From: a virus
Taxonomy: Duplodnaviria > Caudoviricetes
Direction: 5' to 3' (one strand)
Virus record (IMG/VR): IMGVR_UViG_3300011441_000117
Coordinates: 1 to 37,626 of that record
Length of the DNA: 37,626 bases
This document shows positions 7,440 through 15,562 of this stretch, in pieces (position 1 is the first letter of the stretch; the number at the start of each line of letters is the position of its first letter). Both the position numbers and the translations under genes were made by a program. The notes beneath the pieces were generated by a model. The model ran no database searches. It worked only from the letters and a program-made list of their open reading frames with translations, and had not been told where the DNA came from.

Positions 7440-8891
7440 ATGACCGAAGACGAGCGGGTCTCCGCCACGCTGCGCCGCTGGAAGGAGCATCCCGAGCAGT
7501 TCGTCGCGGAGGAGTTTCAGGCGACCCCGGAGGCGTGGCAACTGGACGCCCTCCAGGCGTTCCCAAACGTCGATCGCTTGGCGCTCAAAGCCTGTAAGGG
7601 TCCTGGCAAAACATGCGTGCTGGCGTGGCTGATCTGGAACTTCCTCGCCACTCGGCCGAACTGTCGGATCGGCGTGACGTCGATCACTGGTGACAACCTA
7701 TCGAGCGCCCTCTGGCCCGAGCTGGCGAAATGGCAGCAGCGATCCGAATACCTCTCCTCGCAGTTCACGTGGACGAAGACGCAAATCTTCAGTAACCAGT
7801 ATCCAGGCACGTGGTGGGCGCAGGCGCGGTCTTGGCCGCGCTCGGCGAACTCGGAGCAGCAGGCGCACACCCTCGCCGGCCTGCACGAAGACTACGCGAT
7901 GGGCGTGCTCGACGAGAGCAGCGAGATCCCCCAAGCCGTGATGGCGACTGTCGAAGCGGTGCTCGGCTCCGGCATCGAAACCAAGGTGCTCCAAGCGGGC
8001 AACCCGACGCGGCTCGATGGCCCGCTCTATCGCGCCTGCACGCAGGAGCGGCATCTCTGGCACGTGGTGACGATCACCGGCGACCCCGATGACCCGAAAC
8101 GATCGACGCGCGTCAACCTTGAGTGGGCACGGCAGCAAATCGCGACGTACGGGGCGGACAATCCGTGGGTGCTCGTAAATGTGTACGGCCGCTTCCCTCC
8201 GCAGTCGATCGATTCGCTGTTGGGCGTGGATGATGTCGAGCAAGCGATGGCGCGGCAACTCAAGCCGTCCGCCTATGAATGGGCGCAGAAACGGCTCGGC
8301 ATTGACGTTGCCAGATTCGGGAACGATCGAACGGTTGTCTTCCCGCGGCAGGGGCTCGTCAGTTTCAAGCCGGTGGTCATGCGTCACCCGCGCGACTCCG
8401 CCGTCAGCGTGGACATTGCCAACCAGGTGATGGCCTCGAAACTGCGCTGGGGCTCTGAGTTGGAATTCTTCGACGCGACCGGGGGATGGGCGGCCGGTGC
8501 CGTGGACTTCATGCGCGCGAACGGGCTCGGCCCGATCAATGTCCAGTTCGCCGCGCCGGCCATCGATCCCCGGTACGCCAATCGTCGGGCTGAAATCTGG
8601 TTTGCCATGAGCGAATGGGTGAAGGGCGGCGGCGTGCTGCCCCAAGGGCTGACGGATCTGCCGGCCGAGCTGACGACACCGACCTACACGTTCCAGAAAG
8701 GGAAGTTCCTGATCGAAGAGAAGGATCAGATCAAAGCGCGGCTGGGCCGATCGTGTGACTTGGCCGATGCGCTGGCGCTGACCTTTGGGTTGCCCGATAT
8801 GCCGGGGCAGATCGCGGGACTGCCGCACTCCCGGACGAGCGGGACGCGCGGACGAGCCGTGACGCAAGATGATGTCGACGCGGATTCGTGA
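7440..8891 (+). CDS. terL: Terminase large subunit
   Basis: Walker A ACKGPGKT, Walker B VLDESS, GNPTR, and RNase H-like nuclease motifs GIDVARFGNDRTV and SCDLADALAL. Confidence 0.96.
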   Translation: MTEDERVSATLRRWKEHPEQFVAEEFQATPEAWQLDALQAFPNVDRLALKACKGPGKTCVLAWLIWNFLATRPNCRIGVTSITGDNLSSALWPELAKWQQRSEYLSSQFTWTKTQIFSNQYPGTWWAQARSWPRSANSEQQAHTLAGLHEDYAMGVLDESSEIPQAVMATVEAVLGSGIETKVLQAGNPTRLDGPLYRACTQERHLWHVVTITGDPDDPKRSTRVNLEWARQQIATYGADNPWVLVNVYGRFPPQSIDSLLGVDDVEQAMARQLKPSAYEWAQKRLGIDVARFGNDRTVVFPRQGLVSFKPVVMRHPRDSAVSVDIANQVMASKLRWGSELEFFDATGGWAAGAVDFMRANGLGPINVQFAAPAIDPRYANRRAEIWFAMSEWVKGGGVLPQGLTDLPAELTTPTYTFQKGKFLIEEKDQIKARLGRSCDLADALALTFGLPDMPGQIAGLPHSRTSGTRGRAVTQDDVDADS

Positions 8892-8938
8892 GCAATTAGG
8901 TGTCAAGGAAAAAATGCGGTTTCCTTTGGTGCGCTTCC

Positions 8939-8991
8939 GCGCGCAACCGACACTCTACCGACACCATACCGACACCCAACCGGCGCGCAAC
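8939..8991 (+). repeat. Phased 11-bp direct repeats (ACCGACAC x3 plus partial) flanked by GCGCGCAAC copies
   Basis: ACCGACAC at 8946, 8957 and 8968, ACCG at 8979, GCGCGCAAC at 8939 and 8983, ACCGACAG again at ~9067. Confidence 0.75.
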
Positions 8992-9088
8992 TGTATTTCA
9001 CGAAGCCAAACGTAACCAGACGGAATTGGTTGGGTGAAAACAGGGCATAGCATTGCCGAAACGCTAACCGACAGGAAGGGACAAACAC

Positions 9089-9619
9089 ATGGCACGCACA
9101 CCGAGGTCTCCGAAGGTTCGGCTCGAAGTGAGCGAAGAGATCATCAGTAAGAGTTTGGCGCGAGATTCAACGCACTGCATGATCGCCGAAACGCTGAAGG
9201 CGGCAATGCCGGAGGCCACGGGTATTTCGGTAGACCTGTCGACGATTCGGTTTACAGACCCCAAGAAGGGGCTCAGGTTCACGTATCTGACCCCGCGCAT
9301 CGCGCAGGTTCAGTTGGTCAATTTCGATCAGGGAAGGAAGCCGGAGCCGTTCAGTTTTGTGTTGCGCGGCGCACACATCACACGCAAAGGGCATGGACGC
9401 AAGTCGAAGGAAATGTCTGACAAGGAACGCACGCAACGTTCAGAGGCCGGGCGGAAACTGAACGAGAGCTTGGCCCGAACCAAACTGGTTCGTGCTGACG
9501 CCCAGAGCGGCGCCGTGCCCGATCGCGTTGGTGGTCAGACTCCTCCGCTCCAGCGAAGTCCCGACGGATTACCGTTCACTCGTCGGCGCGCGTTTGGATT
9601 GCGTGGCTTGGAGTACTAG
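9089..9619 (+). CDS. Hypothetical protein, moron-like insertion after terL
   Basis: Has its own AT-richer upstream region and SD (GGAAGGGA). 176 aa, basic, visibly less GC-biased codon usage. Confidence 0.75.
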   Translation: MARTPRSPKVRLEVSEEIISKSLARDSTHCMIAETLKAAMPEATGISVDLSTIRFTDPKKGLRFTYLTPRIAQVQLVNFDQGRKPEPFSFVLRGAHITRKGHGRKSKEMSDKERTQRSEAGRKLNESLARTKLVRADAQSGAVPDRVGGQTPPLQRSPDGLPFTRRRAFGLRGLEY

Positions 9620-9620
9620 C

Positions 9621-9803
9621 GTGGACAACTCAAAGGTCTTGCCGTTCGTGGATCGAGACCGCCTGAATCAGCAACTCGACGAGGAGATTGTTGACCGCGA
9701 GCGCGCCGTTGAACTGGAGGCGCTCGCGGACGAAAGGCTTCAGGAATTGGAGTGGTCGGGACCGCGCTCACATGGATCACGCAGAGCGCTGGGAGCCCAT
9801 TGA
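9621..9803 (+). CDS. Possible small acidic hypothetical protein
   Basis: GTG 1 nt after the upstream stop, GGAG upstream. The 3' end is ambiguous. Confidence 0.35.
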   Translation: MDNSKVLPFVDRDRLNQQLDEEIVDRERAVELEALADERLQELEWSGPRSHGSRRALGAH

Positions 9804-9843
9804 GTGAGGCGAACACGAACGACCTACTCGAGATGCTCGACGA

Positions 9844-10278
9844 ATGATCCGCCCCGCGACTGAAGCCGACACTCCACGCCTCGTCGAGATGACGACGCGG
9901 TTCTTGGAGACGACGCCCTACGGGACGATGTTCCAGGCCGATCCGGCGCAGATCGCCAAGCTCGTGGCGCTCGTGCTGAAGCACGGCGTCATTTTGTTGG
10001 CGGACGTGCCGCCCGTCGTCGGCATGATCGCCCTCGCGGCCCTCCCGCACCCGCTTTCAGGCCACATTTACGCCGATGAGCAGGTCTGGTGGGTGGAGCC
10101 CGAGCACCGGAAGGGCACCATTGGACCTCGGCTGTTGATGGCCGCCGAAGCATGGGCAAGGCAGCACGGCTGTCAAAGCGTCAAAATGGTGGCGCAGGCT
10201 GGTAGTTCGGTGGGTTGCCACTACCGCAGGTTGGGGTATCAGGAGGTCGAAACCGCATTCGTCAAAAAATTGGCGTAG
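9844..10278 (+). CDS. GNAT-family acetyltransferase
   Basis: MIRPATEAD N-terminus, WWVEPEHRKGTIGPRLL..AEAWAR (acetyl-CoA motif A), YRRLGY. Confidence 0.9.
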   Translation: MIRPATEADTPRLVEMTTRFLETTPYGTMFQADPAQIAKLVALVLKHGVILLADVPPVVGMIALAALPHPLSGHIYADEQVWWVEPEHRKGTIGPRLLMAAEAWARQHGCQSVKMVAQAGSSVGCHYRRLGYQEVETAFVKKLA

Positions 10279-10281
10279 TAT

Positions 10282-10301
10282 AGCGTCACGATGTTGACGC
10301 T
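10282..10301. promoter_or_regulatory. Perfect inverted repeat AGCGTCA-N6-TGACGCT immediately before the structural operon
   Basis: Read directly. Preceded by AT-rich AAAAAATT...TAGTATAG, ends 4 nt before ATG 10306, no SD. Confidence 0.45.
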
Positions 10302-10305
10302 CTGA

Positions 10306-10614
10306 ATGGGCCTATTCACCGGCCTGGCGATCGGCGCGCTCGCGGCAGCCAACGTAGTCCAAGGGCTCCGGAAGAAGAAGAACAGCCTCGCGACCGACCA
10401 ACCGCTGGCCCCGGCTCCAGTTGAAGCCCTCGCCCCCCCCAAGCCCCCGACCACCCTACCCGGTGCGGATGAAGCCGCCGCCCAGACCGCTGCGCTGAAG
10501 CAACGCAAGCGGGCCGCCCAAGGCTCCCTGCTCACCAAACCGATCGCGCCCAAGTCGAACGTGAAGCCGATGGCGCCACGTCTCGCGCCCAAGTCGTTGA
10601 TTGGGTACGCGTAA
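10306..10614 (+). CDS. Small virion-associated protein preceding the portal (position like T7 gp6.7/7.3)
   Basis: Gly/Ala hydrophobic N-terminus, Pro-rich middle, basic KQRKRAAQGSLLT. Stop overlaps the portal start. Confidence 0.7.
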   Translation: MGLFTGLAIGALAAANVVQGLRKKKNSLATDQPLAPAPVEALAPPKPPTTLPGADEAAAQTAALKQRKRAAQGSLLTKPIAPKSNVKPMAPRLAPKSLIGYA

Positions 10615-12344
10615 TGCGCGAATACGCCTTCGGCGGCGACGTTGCGGCCAAGCGGGATCGCTACATGAACCTCGCGGCCACCCTGTGGAGCGAACGGCAA
10701 TCGGGCTTCGATGCCCACTGGCAGGAACTCGACGAATATCTCCTTCCCCGTCGCACCCGATGGTGGGCTGGCGACAAGAACCGCGGCGACAAGCGCAACC
10801 AGAAGATCATCAACTCGACCGGGCGCTTTGCGGTGAGGACGCTCGCCAGTGGCCTCCATGCCGGGCTGACCTCACCCGCGAGGCCGTGGTTCAAGCTGAC
10901 CACACCCGATCCCGACCTGGCGAAGTTTGCGCCGGTCAAAGCCTGGCTGCATGAAGTCACGCAGCGCGTCTCGACGGTGTTCGCGCAGACGAATCTCTAC
11001 AACGTCTTCCCGATCATCTACGGCGATATTGGCGTCTTCGGGACGGCGGCGTGTGCGCTGCTCGAAGACAGCAAAGACTTGTTCCGCTGTTACCCGTTTG
11101 CGCTCGGGAGCTTTGCGATCGGGCTGAACACCCGTGGCCTCGTGTCGACGTTCGTCCGTGAATACAACCTCACGGTTCGGCAAGTCGTCGAGGAGTTCGC
11201 CGTGCAACCGAACGGCCGCGACATCGATTGGTCGGGCATCTCCTCGATCGTGCAACGCGCCTGGATGAACGGCCAGTATCAAGATGCCGTGACGGTCTGC
11301 TGGATCATCACGCCGAACCAAGAGGCCGATCCGCGCAAGCTCCTGCCGAAGTACCGACCCTTTGCCAGTTGCTGGTACGAGAAGGGCTCGACCGAAAAGA
11401 AGTTCCTGCGTGAAAGCGGCTTCCAGACCTTCCCCGTCATGTGCCCGCGCTGGGACATCACCGAGGGGGACAGTTACGGCACCGACTCGCCCGGCATGAC
11501 CGCGCTCGGTGACGTGAAGCAACTGCAGGTGATGGAGAAAAAGAAGGCGCAAGCGATCGCGAAGATGGTCGACCCGCCCTTGACTGGCCCGACCGCGCTG
11601 ATGACGCAGAAGACAAGCCTCCTCTCGGGCGACGTCACGTATGTGGACGATCAGCACAGGCAGCTCCGCTCGATCCACGACGTCAACCTGCGCGTCGATC
11701 ATCTGGCCGCCGACATCAGCAGCGTTGAGTACCGCATTCAGCGCGCGTGTTACGAGGATCTCTTCCTGATGCTGGCGCGCTCGGATCCCAACGCCGGATC
11801 GCAACGCCCGACCGCGCGCGAAGTCGAGGAGCGCCACGAAGAGAAGCTGATCGCGCTCGGGCCGGTGCTCGAACGCACCAACGACGAACTCCTCGATCCG
11901 ATCGTTGATCGCGTCTTCGATCTGATGGACAACGCGGGGTTGATTCCCCCGGCGCCGGAACAACTCCAAGGGATTGACCTCAAGGTCGAATACATCTCGA
12001 TCCTCGCGCAGGCGCAGAAGCTCGTCGGCGTCGTGGGGCTCGATCGCTTCATGCAGAACATGCTGACGATCGCGCCCATCTCGCCGGGCATCCTGTTCAA
12101 GGTCAACACCAACCGCGTCGCGGATGTCTACGGCGATCTGCTGGGCATCGATCCGAACATCCTCCGATCGGACGAAGAAGCAGACGGGTTGGCCGCGGAA
12201 CAGGCGAAGGCCCAACAGGCGCAAGCGGAAGCCGAGCAGGCCGCGAAGTTGGGCAGCGCCGTCAAGGATGCTGGCACGACGCCGATGGACGGTGACACGG
12301 CCTTGACCCGGTTGGCGCAGAGTGCCGCGGCGGGTGCCGCATGA
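10614..12344 (+). CDS. Portal / head-to-tail connector (T7 gp8 / BPP-1 Bbp21 type)
   Basis: LASGLHAGLTSPARPWFKL, PRW....SYGTDSPGM.ALGDVKQLQ, TAREVEERHEEKL..LGPVLER, EYISILAQAQK. Confidence 0.95.
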   Translation: MREYAFGGDVAAKRDRYMNLAATLWSERQSGFDAHWQELDEYLLPRRTRWWAGDKNRGDKRNQKIINSTGRFAVRTLASGLHAGLTSPARPWFKLTTPDPDLAKFAPVKAWLHEVTQRVSTVFAQTNLYNVFPIIYGDIGVFGTAACALLEDSKDLFRCYPFALGSFAIGLNTRGLVSTFVREYNLTVRQVVEEFAVQPNGRDIDWSGISSIVQRAWMNGQYQDAVTVCWIITPNQEADPRKLLPKYRPFASCWYEKGSTEKKFLRESGFQTFPVMCPRWDITEGDSYGTDSPGMTALGDVKQLQVMEKKKAQAIAKMVDPPLTGPTALMTQKTSLLSGDVTYVDDQHRQLRSIHDVNLRVDHLAADISSVEYRIQRACYEDLFLMLARSDPNAGSQRPTAREVEERHEEKLIALGPVLERTNDELLDPIVDRVFDLMDNAGLIPPAPEQLQGIDLKVEYISILAQAQKLVGVVGLDRFMQNMLTIAPISPGILFKVNTNRVADVYGDLLGIDPNILRSDEEADGLAAEQAKAQQAQAEAEQAAKLGSAVKDAGTTPMDGDTALTRLAQSAAAGAA

Positions 12345-12730
12345 CCCAGCGCGCCCTTGTGCGGAATGCCGCCTCACATCGCCAGATCACGCACGCCGAG
12401 CGGAAGGCCAAGGATCAGCGCGCGCGCGAACTCGCGGATCTCAAGGCCGTGCTCGACACGGAACCAGGCCGTCGGTTCCTGTTGGCCCTGATGAATAAGT
12501 GCGGCGTCGGGCGATCGGTGCTGAACGACAACGTGATCACGATGGCTGCCGCGGTCGGACAACAGGACGTTGGGCACTACTTGCGCGAACGGATCGCCGA
12601 GGTCGACCCGTTGATGTTGGTAACGATGCTGCGCGAGGAACAGCTCGCGCGCGACCGCGAGAACCGAGAACTGGACGCCGTGCACACGACCGGCGACGAG
12701 GAGATTCCTGATGGCGACGACGGCAACTGA
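12341..12730 (+). CDS. Bbp19-like phage protein
   Basis: DLKAVLDTEPGRRFL..L...CG motif. Position between portal and scaffold. Confidence 0.75.
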   Translation: MTQRALVRNAASHRQITHAERKAKDQRARELADLKAVLDTEPGRRFLLALMNKCGVGRSVLNDNVITMAAAVGQQDVGHYLRERIAEVDPLMLVTMLREEQLARDRENRELDAVHTTGDEEIPDGDDGN

Positions 12731-13400
12731 CACGACGGCCACCGACAAAGCCGCAACCGATCAAGCGGCCGCGGACAAAGCGACGAGCGATCAGGCCGCC
12801 GCAGACAAGGCCGTCGCCGATAAAACAGCGGCCGATAAAGCCGCGAGTGACAAGGCCGCCGCCGACAACACGGCAGCGGATGCAGCAGCAGCCGGTAAGA
12901 AGCCCGAGGGCGGCGAGGCCGCCAAGGACGGCGACAAGACAGGCACGGAGGGCGCTCCCGACAAGTATGCGCTGACACCGCCGAAGGACGGGCTGATCGA
13001 TGCGAGCGACCTCACGACGATCGAGAAGATCGCGCGCGAGCACAACCTCTCGAACGAGGCGGCGCAGACGCTCCTCGAACAGGAGAACGCCCGACGCATC
13101 GAGCAGAGCCAAACCCTCGCGGCGCAGTTAACGGCCGATGCGGAGTACGGCGGCGACAAGCTCCCCGAAACGCAGCGGTTGGCGCGGTCGATCATCGACC
13201 TCGTCAGGCCCGAAGGCCATCCACGACGTGCCGCATTTCAGCGCATCTTGGATCAATCCGGGTATGGCAATCACATCGAGATCGCGAGCTTCCTCGCGGA
13301 TCTCGGCAAGAAGGCGGCGGACGATACGACGGTGTTGGGTGGCGGGGGCGGGGGCAGAGACAAGCCCATCGCGAATCGCATGTACCCCAACATGAAGTAG
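12711..13400 (+). CDS. Capsid scaffolding protein
   Basis: Low-complexity D(K/Q)AAA repeats, APDKY, LS.EAAQ, GYGNH.E...F..LGK...DD, and a C-terminal MYPNM. Lies directly before the major capsid gene. Confidence 0.85.
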   Translation: MATTATDTTATDKAATDQAAADKATSDQAAADKAVADKTAADKAASDKAAADNTAADAAAAGKKPEGGEAAKDGDKTGTEGAPDKYALTPPKDGLIDASDLTTIEKIAREHNLSNEAAQTLLEQENARRIEQSQTLAAQLTADAEYGGDKLPETQRLARSIIDLVRPEGHPRRAAFQRILDQSGYGNHIEIASFLADLGKKAADDTTVLGGGGGGRDKPIANRMYPNMK

Positions 13401-13424
13401 GCCCGCCGTTCGCGGGGTGGAAGT

Positions 13425-14558
13425 ATGCGTGTAGTGGTAATGCTGGTGCTCACGGCGGTCTGCGTGGCGCTCTTTGGCGTCGACGTCGGCGCTGTCTCCC
13501 AGGCCAGTCGTGGGCCGGATCTGCCGGCGTGGCTGGCCGACCCGACGCTGATTCTCGTGTTCGGCGCGGCGCTCTCGACGGGTGCGTTGACCTTAGCGGA
13601 TTGGGCGAAACGGCTCGACCCAACCGGCAAGGTCTCGGACATCGTCGAGCTGCTCTCGCAGAGCAATGAACTCCTGACGGACATGGCGTGGATCGAAGGC
13701 AACCTGCCGACCGGACACCGGACCACCGTGCGGACCGGACTGCCGGCGGTCGCGTGGCGCTTGATCAATGCGGGCGTGGTCCCGAGCAAGTCGACCACGG
13801 CGCAGATCGACGAGCAAGCAGGCATCTTGGAAGCGTGGAGCGAAGTGGATGTCGCGCTCGCCAAACTGAACGGAAACACCGCGGCGTTCCGGCTCTCGGA
13901 AGCGCGCGCCTTCATCGAAGCCATGAATCAGGAGATGGCGCAGACCTTGATCTACGGCAATGGCGGGCTGGCCCCGGAAGAGTTCACCGGCCTGGCGCCG
14001 CGCTACTCGCTGCTCTCCGCCGGCAACGGTGGCAACATCATCGACTCCCTGGGGGTCGATGCGGCCGACTCGACAAGCATCTGGCTCGTGGCCTGGGGTG
14101 AGGAGACGGTGCACGGCATTTTCCCGAAGGGGAGCCAGGCCGGGCTCGAACACAACGACTACGGCGAGCAGACCATTCAGGTCACGGCCGGCGTGGCCGG
14201 GACACGGATGCGCGCGTTGCAGGAGCGCTGGGTGTGGAATGCCGGCATTGCGCTGAAGGACTGGCGCTATGTCGTCCGCATCGCGAACATCGACGTGAGC
14301 ACGCTGTCCTCGACGGTGCCCACGCTGGTCGACTTCATGGAAACGGCGCTCGAGCTGCTCCCCAACGGCCTCGGCCGGCCGGTGTTCTACATGAACCGGA
14401 CGATCCGTCGCATCTTGCGCCGGCAGGAGCGTGCGCAAGTCTCGGTCGGCGGCGGGCTCACCTACGAGAACGTCGACGGCAAGCGCGTCTATGACTTCGG
14501 CGGGGTGCCGGTGCGGCTCCTCGACGCCATCCTCAACACGGAAGCCCGCGTCGTTTAA
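13425..14558 (+). CDS. Major capsid protein (BPP-1 Bbp17-like, HK97 fold) with a hydrophobic N-terminal extension
   Basis: LTLADWAKRLDP, VELLSQSNELL.D..W.EGNLPTGHRTTVRTGLP, LEAWSEVD, FRLSEARAFIEAMNQ, WRYVVRIANID, DAILNTEARVV. Confidence 0.95.
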   Translation: MRVVVMLVLTAVCVALFGVDVGAVSQASRGPDLPAWLADPTLILVFGAALSTGALTLADWAKRLDPTGKVSDIVELLSQSNELLTDMAWIEGNLPTGHRTTVRTGLPAVAWRLINAGVVPSKSTTAQIDEQAGILEAWSEVDVALAKLNGNTAAFRLSEARAFIEAMNQEMAQTLIYGNGGLAPEEFTGLAPRYSLLSAGNGGNIIDSLGVDAADSTSIWLVAWGEETVHGIFPKGSQAGLEHNDYGEQTIQVTAGVAGTRMRALQERWVWNAGIALKDWRYVVRIANIDVSTLSSTVPTLVDFMETALELLPNGLGRPVFYMNRTIRRILRRQERAQVSVGGGLTYENVDGKRVYDFGGVPVRLLDAILNTEARVV

Positions 14559-14583
14559 ACGCAGAAAGGGAAGGGTTCACGAT

Positions 14584-15012
14584 ATGTATCTCGATGCTTT
14601 CCTGCGTGTCAGTAACGCGCAGGCGTTCGGAGCCGCCGCCGTCTCGACGGACTCCATCGATCTCGGCAACGTCACGCCCAAGCGGCGCATCGGCACGGGC
14701 GAAGCGATGGGCTTCGGCTTTGCAGTCACGACCGCGGGCACCGTCGCCGCCACGCTGTTGGAGGTCATCTCCGCGACGGACGCGGCGCTCACCGCCGGCA
14801 TTCTCGTCCACGCCTCGCGGTCGATTCCGCTGGCGGAGACGACCATCGGCTCCTTGCATTGGGTTGGCCTGCCGATGGGCCATCCGACGCAGCGCTATCT
14901 CGGCGTGCGCGCGACCACGGCGGGCGGGACCATCTCGCTCACCGCCTGGCTGACCGCGCATGACCTGTTCTCGATCGCGATGCAGTCCTACGCGAAGGGC
15001 TTCGTGAGCTAG
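14584..15012 (+). CDS. Capsid cement/decoration protein (Bbp16-like)
   Basis: MYLDAFL..S.AQA...AAVSTDSIDLG...RYLG.R pattern, strong purine-rich SD, directly after the major capsid gene. Confidence 0.85.
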   Translation: MYLDAFLRVSNAQAFGAAAVSTDSIDLGNVTPKRRIGTGEAMGFGFAVTTAGTVAATLLEVISATDAALTAGILVHASRSIPLAETTIGSLHWVGLPMGHPTQRYLGVRATTAGGTISLTAWLTAHDLFSIAMQSYAKGFVS

Positions 15013-15021
15013 ACCCGGATT

Positions 15022-15070
15022 GCCCGTCTCGCGGCGGCGCTCAATATCGAGTGCTGGCCGCGACACGGGC
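15022..15070 (+). terminator. Long GC-rich hairpin after the capsid genes (terminator/attenuator or mRNA stabiliser)
   Basis: GCCCGT/ACGGGC, TCGCGGC/GCCGCGA, GGCGCTC/GAGTGCT arms. Only a weak U-rich tail (CTTCTGTCTGTCT). Confidence 0.55.
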
Positions 15071-15095
15071 CGCTTCTGTCTGTCTGAGGTACCTC

Positions 15096-15512
15096 ATGTC
15101 GAAGAAGAAACCGGCCGCGGCTCCGCGCCCCTTTGCCCCGGAGGTGCCGGGGCCAACGCCCGAAGGGCGCATCGCCGCGGCGCCGCCGGCCCCGGCCACG
15201 AAACCGCCGCGCGCCAGGCCTCGCCGGTCGACCGACGAAGGTCCGCCGCGTGAGCTCGGCCCGCTGATCACCGTGCGCGCGCTCAAGACCGGCTTCGTCG
15301 ATAACGTCCGCCGCCGCGAAGGCGACGTGTTCGATGTCCACGAAGTCGAATTCTCCGAGAACTGGATGGTGGTGGTCGATGGCGACACGCCACGCCAGAC
15401 CACAGGGCCGGCGGCGGCGCTCAAGCGCATCCATGACGAGACGATCGCCGGGCGGCTGGGAACACCCGCGACCGACCCGCTCGGCGTGAACAGCACGACG
15501 TCTCGGGCCTGA
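15096..15512 (+). CDS. Small head-associated hypothetical protein
   Basis: GAGGT SD, Pro-rich N-terminus, ITVRALKTGF.DNVRRREGDVF motif often seen in ORFs after capsid genes. Confidence 0.7.
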   Translation: MSKKKPAAAPRPFAPEVPGPTPEGRIAAAPPAPATKPPRARPRRSTDEGPPRELGPLITVRALKTGFVDNVRRREGDVFDVHEVEFSENWMVVVDGDTPRQTTGPAAALKRIHDETIAGRLGTPATDPLGVNSTTSRA

Positions 15513-15562
15513 TCGCTGGAGGATACGAACACAACCGACAGCGATTATGCGCAGGGCGCTCC

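Noticed and set aside
12720-12895. D(K/Q)AAA repeats as a novel repeat element
   Set aside because: Degenerate at DNA level; an ordinary low-complexity scaffold N-terminus.
14431-14583. Frameshift-extended capsid (T7 10B-like) via the open frame leading into the cement gene
   Set aside because: No clear slippery heptamer before the capsid stop, and the cement gene has its own strong SD and ATG at 14584.
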